64,000 bases of DNA from Octopus vulgaris. Its lineage: Eukaryota. The first letter of the stretch is position 1; each line of letters opens with the position of its first letter. A program made the translations under genes and the position numbers. Below, one piece after another: positions 53,757 to 64,000 of the stretch. The DNA lies in the NCBI GenBank assembly GCA_951406725.2, contig OX597815.1:42470001-42534000 (forward strand), in the 5' to 3' direction. The notes beneath the pieces are model-generated. The model did no database searches. It saw nothing but the letters and a program-made list of their open reading frames with translations, and was not told where the DNA came from.

Positions 53757-54049
53757 CGGACTCTCCCGTCGAAAACGACGTATGAGCGTTCAGCTTTATG
53801 CCAAACGACATGTACAAATAATTTATTTAAAATGACCAAATGTCTGTGTTCCCGTTCTTTATCAAATCGGCGTTGTCTGAACAGATGCACTGTGTACCAC
53901 GCGGCGTCAGGGGTCCAAGTGATCGCTGAGCAACGTGAGATGATGACGTTTTGCTCAAGAACACAACGCACTACCCGGTCTAGGAATTGAAATAACGATC
54001 TAACGATCGTGAGTGCAACACCCTAACCACTAAACCATGCGCCCTTGAC

Positions 54050-54311
54050 AACATGCCACGACTCTCGGCAAGTGAGGTGAAGCGTTGCGAAAGGCAGATA
54101 ACAGCTGTGGAAATACGGGATGCAATGATGAGTTGCATGGGTGAAAAATCGCCTGGTTTTTATGGTCTACCCACTGAGCTTTACTTTTATGTCAGACTTG
54201 TTTGGTGGCCTCTTAGCAGATATCTGCCACAACTGGAAGCAGAATGGGAGAAAGTCCTAGTTCCTTGAGTCGAGGAGCGGTGACAGCTGAGAAGTAGGAA
54301 CAAGAGGGATG

Positions 54312-54387
<76 letters not shown>

Positions 54388-55450
54388 TTTCATTTATTTG
54401 CCACAAGGGCGAAGGTTAGGGGGACAATACAGAGACAGGCATAAAGTGTGGGGGTTTACTATAAGCACAAGGTCTGAAATTTTAGGGGAGGGGAGAATCA
54501 ATCGTAGACCGAGGAAGGGTGCTTGGCACCTAGTCTGCCGTCAAACACTCACAGTTCTCTGTCAGTCGAGTAATGCGGTCGGTGGAGATCCCACTTTGGA
54601 GTTGTATAGAGGGTTAGTGGCAGGTAAGTGCGACGATGTTCTTGGGAAAAACGATGACAATCAAGAGGCTGGTCTGTTCTGGAGGGCTTTCGGGAAGGAG
54701 CCTACAGATAGTTTTCAGGTATCCTTGGCCTGACAGTGCTAAGGAGGGGCATTGCCGGTAGAGATAAACTCTACAGGCACGGATGTGCTGTCAGCCGGGC
54801 TTGCCCGAGATACGCGTAGAGCGACGAAACCGTTCTGCACGCGCTCGTCCAATGCCCGATCATTGCTGACTTTTGGGTTTATGTCGAACACCTGCTGTCA
54901 GGTGTAGGACGAATCTGGATATAGGCTGAATCCATTGCGGAGATCATCCTGCCGCCTTCCTTTGGTCGGGAAAGGCAGGCGGTGTTCCTTTGACTAGTGG
55001 CCTAAGCGAAAGAACTATAGAGGTATGTGATGAGTGTATATATATGTGTTGTATGGTGGACCAGATTGAAAGGGCTGAAGACCGACACTTTCCCTTTAGC
55101 CAAGCCCTCATCAACTTTTTCAAGTTTCATTTGAAAAGTAAAGTGAGGGTAGGAAGAGAAGTGCGGTCCCCAGTAATTTTGTTAAAAGATGGGTGAATGT
55201 GGCAAGAATGGTCCGAGTTAACGGGCCTGATCTAAGCATGCGCCTGTAGACGATGTGGAGAGGGTACTTGCCTTAATGGTCAGAACCTACGTAATTTTGT
55301 GGGGTGTCCACGAGGAGCTCTGGGTAGTTTCCCTCTTTTGTGGAATTATTCTTCGCTAAATTTCAGACTTTTTCTAATTTTGTTTTTTACTTTTTACAAG
55401 CTTTTTAAATAACCCCACATTGAATTATCCTGTACCGTCCCCGATGCTTT
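54050..55450 (+). mobile_element. L1/Tx1-like LINE ORF2 relic, deleted and interrupted
   Basis: KSPGFYGLPTELY early RT motif; C-terminal CPR...ETVLHALVQCP zinc knuckle near 54800-54860. Confidence 0.7.
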
Positions 55451-55502
55451 TTGTGAACGCTTCGTGGTTAAACTCACGGGAGCGATATACGTGTCGATGG
55501 AC

Positions 55503-55564
<62 letters not shown>

Positions 55565-55962
55565 TTAATAATAATGGTTTGAAACTTTGCCCCAAGGGCA
55601 GCAATTTTGGAGGAGAGGATGAGTCGATTACATCGACCCCAGTGTTCAAATGGTACTTAATTTATCGACCCCGAAAGGATGAAAGGCAAAGTCGACCTCG
55701 GAGGAATTTGAACTCAACGTAGCGATGGGTGAAATACCGCTAGGCATTTCGCCCGGTGTGCTAACAACTCTGTCAGCTCCCTGCCTTCAAAAATGATAAT
55801 AATAATCTAGTGTTCAGTTAGTACTTATCTTATTGACCCCAAAAGGATGAAAGGCAGAGTCGACCTCGGCGGAATTTGAACTCTGAACGTAGCGACGGGC
55901 AAAATACCGCTAAGCATTTCGTCCAGCGGTGTTAATAACTCTGCCAGCTCGGCACCTTCAAT

Positions 55963-56246
55963 AAGACCTGAGAATTGAGATCGCTAAGATGTGGTAGCTA
56001 CGAGAGTCGGACATAAAGGTTATCCCTATTGTCATTGGAGCATTGGGTGCAATACCACCCAATCTGAAAAAAAAACATCTGAAAACCATAGAGATACCCT
56101 ACAATCTAGATATATAACAAAAGTCGGCATTACTTGGAACTGCACGCATATTGCGTAAAGTACTGTCTGTCAGAGGTCCTTGTTGGGACTTGACACAACA
56201 TCTTCACTCAACAACCTCACGATATTGTATACTGTGCGACGTCTAT
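55963..56246 (+). mobile_element. 3' fragment of a third Dong-like family
   Basis: DLRIEIAKMW, IPIVIGALGAI, KSALLGTARILRKVLSV, then (AAT)n. Confidence 0.8.
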
Positions 56247-56628
56247 AATAATGATAATAATGATAATAATGATAATAATAATAATGATTATGATAATAAT
56301 AATAATATTAATAATAATAATTATAATATTAATAATAATAATAATGGGGGAGCATCATAGTCATGTGTTGAGAGGGATTCTTTGGGGTTTGAATAATTCA
56401 CCTTTGGAAACAGGGGCGTTTCGTTCAACATCCTTAAACAACCCTTATTCAGGGACCTTTTGAGCGGGATGGGATACTCGACCAGAAGAAAATTGTAACT
56501 GGGCCCCACCTGGGTTGTGATGCATGTGCCTAGTGGACCTTTATCAGACGGGTAGTCATGATGGGTATACTCGGCTTCGTATATTTTACCCCAGTGTCAC
56601 TTTGATGGCATGCACTGCTCTCTCACTC

Positions 56629-56674
<46 letters not shown>

Positions 56675-57191
56675 GCCCTGATGCAATACCAGGCATTGGC
56701 TCTCGTAGCTTTTGATCTTAACTGATTGGAACTGTTATCATGTACATTGTTTTGTCATGGTATAAAAGATGAGCTGCAGCAAATATTCTGCTCAATACCA
56801 CAATTTTGCTTGTCAGTTATTTGACCTTAACCAGTTGAGCATGTCCCTTGGTGGCTGATCACGAGCAGAAGTAGTGGGGGAGCATCATAGTCATGTGTTG
56901 AGAGGCATTCTTTGGAGTTTGAATAATTCACCTTTGGAAACATGTATGTTTCGTTCAACATCCTTAAACAAACCTTATTCAGAGACCTTTTGAGCGGGAT
57001 GGGTTACTCGAACTGAAGAAAATTCTAATTGAGCCCCACCTGCAAGGTCATGTGCTGTTTATCTTGATATGTGGGTTGTGATGCATGTGCCTGGTGTACC
57101 CTTATCAGACGGGTAGTCATGATGGGTATACTGGGCTTCGTATATTTTACTCCAGTGTCACTTTGATGGCATGCACTGCTCTCTCACTCAC

Positions 57192-57257
<66 letters not shown>

Positions 57258-59546
57258 GTGGGTCTTGTTTAGGCACAAGGCTAGAAATTTTGTGGGAAAG
57301 GGGAATAGTCGATTACATCGAGTTAATACTTGACTGGTAGTTCATTTTAGTAGTTCTAGAGGGACTAACTTCAGCGGGATTTGAACTCAGAGCGTAATGA
57401 GCCGGATAATATGCTGCAAAGCATTTTTCCGACCCTCTAACGATTCTGCTTGCTGTCCACCTTAAATGATTTCTTATTTAGGCAAAATGCTTGCAATTTT
57501 GAGAGGAGGGGTTAGTCGACGCTTTCGTCCCCGTTACCTCACTTGCACTTTATCTTATCGACCTCCCAAAAAAGAAAAAAAAAATTAAAGACCGCTGCGG
57601 TATTTGAAATCATAACGTAAAGGTTGGAAAGAAATATCACAGAGTATTTTCTCCAACTCTCTAACGATTCTGCCACATCGACATATTCCTCATTACCAGC
57701 ATCACTTCCGCCAGTAGTAGCATCGACACCACCACCACCACCACCACCACCACTACCAGTCTCATCATCGCCATCACCTCTACCAGTATCACCATCGTCA
57801 CCGCTGCTATCACCATCAGCGATTTCCCCCTCTAATCATTGTAATTACAAACAGAAATAGTGGCGGCAGCTCCATAGCTATATATTACCACGTTACTCAT
57901 CATCATCATCATCATCATCCTCAGCAGCAGCAGCAGCAGCAGCAATAGTATATGCATCAATGACCTCAGTAATAACAGCGGGGGGTTCTATCATTAACTA
58001 CATTATAAAACATCAAACAAAAACATTGCCTGATTGTCCTTATTCTTTTTATCCGTTATTTATGTATTTATTTATTGTTTATGCATCTTCTTTCCCTGAA
58101 TGTTTCATTCTTTTGCACGTTCTCTTTCTTTCATATTTTCCTTTTTCTTTTTCTTTCATATTTCTTTCTTTTCTTTCTTTCATCATTTGTTTGTTTGTTT
58201 GTTTTAGTCAGTTCCCTGGTGGCGCCCATGTCCTTTACAACGAGGTCCACAACCTCCGGGGCTGCGAACCATTTGGTACCGGGCAGCCTAGAAAGAATAC
58301 ATTTTTCAATTTTATTTCCATTATATTGACTATCGCAGACTGTAGGGTATTTTTGCATTATATATGTAATATGCACGTATTGCATATACACATTTAAATA
58401 TTATATATATACGCGCGTGTTTGTGTGTGTGTGTGTGTGTGTGTGCGTGTGTATGTATATATAAGTACATGTGCATGTGTGTGTGTGTGTGCGTGTGTGT
58501 ATGTATATATATGTACACGTGCATGTGTGTGTGTGTGTATGTGTGTAATAATTATTAAGTTGGGCGGCGAGCTGGCCGAATCATTAACACGGTGGACAAG
58601 ATGCTTGGTGAATTTCGTCCGTCTTTACCTTCTGAGTTCAAACATCACCAAGGTCGACTTTGCCTTTCATACTTCCGGGCTCAATAAAATAAGTACCAGT
58701 TTGAGCATTGCGGGTCGATGCAATCGACTTACCCCTCCCCCGAAAATACTGACCTTCTTCTAAAATTTGAAACCAATATGTATTAATTAAATCATACATT
58801 ATGCACTCGGTGGAGGCGCGTGACTTAGAGGTCAGGGGGGTTGCACTCATTATCGTAAGATTGTGGGTTTGATTCCAGGACAGCTAGATGTGTTTCCTCC
58901 TTGAGCAAAACACTCCATTTCACGTTGCTCTTGTCCACTAAGCTAGTGAAAATGAGCAGCATGGTGAAGTTGCGACAGGCATGGCATACCAGCGCAATGG
59001 ATGGTGAACGTGCCAAAAGAAAAAAAAAGGCCTCGGTGTGGTCGGGAAATTTAATACACACAGGTCATAGGCCTACTTGGGTTTACTTTTCTTTTATTAT
59101 GCCCTTTATTGTGTTTTGTTATGTGCACGATCTCCTGGTCCGTCGCAAAGTTGTCTTGTATGAAACCAGATCGTTTTGCAAAAAACTGGAGATCATTACA
59201 TTACCAGGACTTCCATACTAATGGAGGACAAAGGGAGATCAAGAAACCATGACAATGATTGCAGCGGTTGAAGCAGCACAACATGAAATTAAATTATTCT
59301 CGGACCGGAGGCTTGGCCTGGATGCTTGCAATCATTTGGCCTTTGCTAAATACATCTAAGGTCCCTACTAACCAGTGAGCTTCTGCGTAATTACATTCTA
59401 TCTAAATTTTCAGTTTTACGATTTTGATCGATGTGTAACTATTTCATATGACACTCAAGGTGCTTGGCATTAGGATCGAACTCTTAATCATATCGCATAG
59501 GATTAAGAGAAATTGAAGTTGTGTAAGGTCCATGTGTTGACATATA

Positions 59547-59577
<31 letters not shown>

Positions 59578-61462
59578 TATTTTATTCTTTTACATGATTC
59601 GATCATTTGACTGCGGCCATGCTGCAGCACCGCCTTAAAGGGTTTTAGTCGAAGACATCGACCCCAGCACATATTCTTTGTAAGCCTAGTATTTATTCTA
59701 TCGGTCTCTTTTGTTGAAACGCTAGGATACGGTGGCGTAAATACACCATCAGTTGTCAAACGATGGTAGGGGACAAACATCGACTCAAAGACACACACAC
59801 ACACACACACACACATAAATATGTAAATATATATACGACGGGCTTCTTTCAGTTTCCGTCTGAAACTGAACCTGGAACTATATGGTTGGCAAGTAAGCTT
59901 TTTAGCACACAGCCACGCCTGCACCTACACACACACGCACGCACACACACACACACGCGCACACACACACACACGCGCACACACACACACACGCGCGCAC
60001 ACACACACATACATATATATAACGAGCAAAACGCCCCCCCCCCCGTCCAATGGACGGTGCTGAGTTGTCAAACATTTAAACCAAATTTTCTCAAAACAAC
60101 TTGTCCGACCATCCCATAGACCCCCCTCCTTGAGAAACACTGATTTAATCTAAATTTGGGACACCAGCAAAAGAAGAAATAAAGATAGACTTTTTTTCTA
60201 TTTCAAGAAAAACGATTTTACAACTGCACGTTCCCACGGCTTTATCGATAGCATTCAAACCTGGAATCGATTTTTATAATTTTTTCAAGACTTATACACG
60301 CCCTGATACCGTCGGTATCTACATATCAAATTTGAGCGCAATCCGGTGGAGGATGCCCGAGATCCTAGAAGACACACACAAAGACTGACAGAACGGATTT
60401 TATATAATAATGATAAGGAGAACGGAGATTTTTCACATCTATAGTTTTATTTAACAGTTATTTACATCATCCTTTTCTGTACCTACACGCTTTTCAGCTG
60501 CATCGACTGCACGCAGGTGAAACACGCTTAGGTCCAGATTGATGTGAAAAAATCTTCGTCTTCCTTGTCATTTTTATTAATACTATTTCTTACTCTACGG
60601 AAATTATGCAATCCCGATTAGGACACTCGGGTTTACCCAGCGAGAAAAAGTTACTAGAGCCTAGTAACTTGTTCATTCGAGTATCACAAAATGACCGTTG
60701 TGGTTAGCCGGTACTTATTCTTTGATATATATATATATATACATCATTCTGTATGTTATTGTCAACTCTTAACTGCTTAACAATCTTAACTGCTGAAAAA
60801 AAAAATACAAACTGCAGAATTCTTCTCAATGAAGCATTCTTGTATAGACGTATAATGTTAAAAAACACAGAAATATATCAGTAGTAGACGAAAAGTATCT
60901 AGCAGCGATGGTGGATTTGTTAAGTGCATATTTCCCCTTCTTTGGCCGCCATCGGAAAGAAACATACAATAACAGAATACTATTTTGAACTAAAGGTGCT
61001 TCCTTAGCTAATAACATACACTTTATTTCACGTTGGTCCAGTCCACTCAGTTAGCAAAAATGTGTAGTACCATGACATATTCTGTGTTACGCTGAATCCC
61101 CCTGAGAACTACATTAAGAGTACACGCCTTTTGTGGAGTACACGGACATGAGTTAGAATAAGAACATTTATAAACGAGGGAAGAAAGAATATATAGTCCG
61201 TAATTTTATTTAGCAACAAAAAAAAAAAAGATCAGCATCCCGAAATACAATATGTATATATATATATATGTATATATATAGGCGCAGGAGTGAGTGTGTA
61301 GTAAGTAGCTTGCCTACCAACCACATGGTTCCGGGTTCAGTCCCACTGCTAGGCACCTTTGGCAAGTGTCTTCTACTATTGCCTCGGGCCGACCAAAGCC
61401 TTGTGAATGGATTTAGTAGACGGAAACTGAAAGAAGCCCATCATATATATATATATATATGG

Positions 61463-61493
<31 letters not shown>

Positions 61494-61979
61494 TGTGTGT
61501 GTATTTTTGTGTGCCTGTGTTTGTCCCCTCAACATCACTTGACAACCGATGCTGGTGTGCTTAAGTTCATGTAACTTAGTGGTTCGGCAAAAATGACCGA
61601 TAGAATAAGTACTATGCTTACAAAGAATAAGTCCTGGGGTCGATTTGCTCGACTAAAGGCAGTGCTCCAGCATGGCATGGCCACAGTCAAATTACTGAAA
61701 CAAGTAAAAATATATATATATACATATATGCATGTATGTGTGTGTATGTGTGTGTATGTGTGTATGTCTGTGTATTAAATTCCAATCCATACTACTGTCT
61801 CATGTCCTCAACCATTAATCTGGAAACCATTCCCGTGTCTGCTCGATCACTATTAAAAAGATTCTTATTTATCGAAATCCGGTTTCGATTCCTGGTTGGA
61901 GTAATTTCATTGCACTTACACTGGCCTAACGGTTCTCGAGCTTTAAATCCATGAACACCTCAATCTCACTTGCTACTCA

Positions 61980-62470
61980 CTACCTCTTCGAGTAAAAAGT
62001 TGAAGCCTCGATATGGTCGAACGACTTGTTAGAAACAGCAGCTAAATGCCTTTCAAATTATACTCTGGAAGGAGCATATTGGATAATGTAAGCCCTGTAT
62101 ACAATGAAGGATTGAACAACGTTGATCGTTGTTCTACTTCTTCACTACTTCTTCGAGTAAAAGTTGAAGCCTTGATATGGTCGAATGACTTGTTAGAAAC
62201 AGCAGCTAAATGCCTTTCAAATTATACTCTGGAAGGGGCATATTGGATAATGTAAGCCCTGTATACAATGAAGGATTGAACAACGTTGATCGTTGTTCTA
62301 CTTCTTCACTACTTCTTCGAGTAAAAGTTGAAGCCTCGATATGGTCGAACGACTTGTTAGAAACAGCAGCTAAATGCCTTTCAAATTATACTCTGGAAGG
62401 AGCATATTGGATAATGCAAGCCCTGTATACAATGAAGGATTGAACAACGTTGATCGTTGTTCTACTTCAT
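61980..62470. repeat. Tandem repeat, 164 bp unit x ~3
   Basis: Homologous ORFs start at 62046, 62210 and 62374. Confidence 0.95.
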
Positions 62471-62519
62471 TAGGTGTGATCCAGCAGGAAACAACTACCT
62501 CAACAAATAAAGACTTGTA

Positions 62520-62922
62520 TAATTTCTTTTGTATCATTGCGTTTCCTTCCTTCCTTCCTTTTTCTTTCTTTTGTTATTTCTTTTAATTTTTTTGCCTTTT
62601 TTATCTTTCTGGTTTTGCGCTTGATTTGTTCTTCCTTTACCTTTCGTTAGCCTTTTTCTTTTACTTTCCTTCGTTCATCTTTTGTTTTTCTTCGTCTTTC
62701 ATTCTTTTGTTCATTCTTCTCGCCTCTTTTTCCTTTCCTTTATTTGTTTGTTTGTTTGTTTCTTTCTTAATTTCTCTTTAATTTTTCTTTCTTTTTTACT
62801 CTTTTTTTCTGTTATTATTCTTTCTTTTTATTTCTGCTTTTATTTAATCTGTCATTTCTTTCACTTACTCACTTATTCATTCATTCTTTTTCCTTCCATT
62901 CAGTTTTCTTTCTTTCAATTCT

Positions 62923-62983
<61 letters not shown>

Positions 62984-63150
62984 TTTCTTCCTTCCTTCCT
63001 TTCTTTCTTTCATTCTTCCTTCTCTTCTTTCTCCTTTTCTTTTTTTACTTTATTCTTTCCAATCGTCATTCTCTCATTTCTTTCTTTCTATCTCTTCTTT
63101 TATGTATACATTCACTTTTTCACTTCTTCCTCCTTTTTTTCTTCTTCTCG
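62520..63150. repeat. Polypyrimidine low-complexity tract (TTTC)n
   Basis: Direct reading. Confidence 0.9.
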
Positions 63151-64000
63151 CTGCGAAGCACAGTTTGGCTGGGAATCATGTTGCCATAGTAACATGTCTG
63201 GCGCTGCTATCAAAACAAACGAAACTTGTGTTTAGTTGCAATCACTGTTCATAGAATATCGAATCGAAGTGTTGGTCGGTCATGTGAAAGAAAACCACTC
63301 CCTAATTCTCTCTCTCTCTCTCTCTCGCATATATATATATATACACATATATACGCACATTCATGTATGTATGCATCTACGCAGCGCTCTCCCTCACTCC
63401 CTCCCCACCACTCTCGCTTGTCTTTCTATTTACTTTTTAGTCACTGGTTCTGTTGTGGCCGTCGTTGATGGAAATAGTCATCGCAGCCGTCACATCACCA
63501 GAGCCATCACAGACAGCAACACCACTACGAAAAGTATTACCGGTAACGTTAATAACCACGCTGCCTGCTGCTACTGTTGCTGCTGCCGATGTTGCTCCCG
63601 CTGCTGCTGTCACTGTTACTACTACAACACTATAATGATGATCCTTTCTACTGTGGGCACTAGGCCAGAAATTTTAGGGGAGGGGACTAGTCGATTACAT
63701 CGATCCCCAGAGTTTCCCTGGTACTTAATTTATTGACGTCGACAGGATGAAAAGTCGACCTTGTCGGATTTTTTGAACTGAAAAACGTAAAGATGGACGA
63801 AATACCTATTTCTTCACTACCCACAAAGGGGCTAAACACAGAGAGGACAAACAAGGACAGACAAACGGATTAAGTTGATTATATCGACCCCAGTGCGTAA
63901 CTGGTACTTATTTAATCGACTCCGAAAGGATGAAAGGCAAAGTCGACCTCGGCGGAATTTGAACTCAGAACGTAACGGCAGACGAAATACCGATTTCTTT

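Noticed and set aside
61980-62470. CRISPR-like or retrozyme array
   Set aside because: Units are wholly repeated with no unique spacers, no cas genes and no ribozyme core; eukaryotic context

Overview
AT-rich, repeat-saturated eukaryotic DNA. The SINE families and the dense (TA)n/(CA)n/(TAA)n/(TATC)n microsatellites fit an octopus (cephalopod) genome; this is recognition from recalled repeat sequences, not a database result. No intact host protein-coding gene is evident, and almost all listed ORFs are microsatellite translations. The window holds many tRNA-derived SINEs, a decayed full-length mariner plus Tc1/pogo/hAT/Helitron derivatives, an RT-deleted Gypsy element, several R4/Dong-type restriction-like-endonuclease retrotransposons sitting in (TAA)n arrays, an L1/Tx1 relic and a Penelope-like GIY-YIG relic. 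The most notable signal is a set of short non-coding elements carrying type I hammerhead ribozymes: two with intact folds (21665, 38691), one near-intact (26103) and several variants. Some lie downstream of tRNA-derived Pol III heads and have short inverted duplications at their 5' junction, suggesting Penelope-mobilised, ribozyme-bearing SINE/retrozyme families. There are also several fold-back palindromes and a ~2.3 kb unexplained coding-like relic. Coordinates were read by eye; repeat boundaries are approximate unless a TSD or TIR is quoted.
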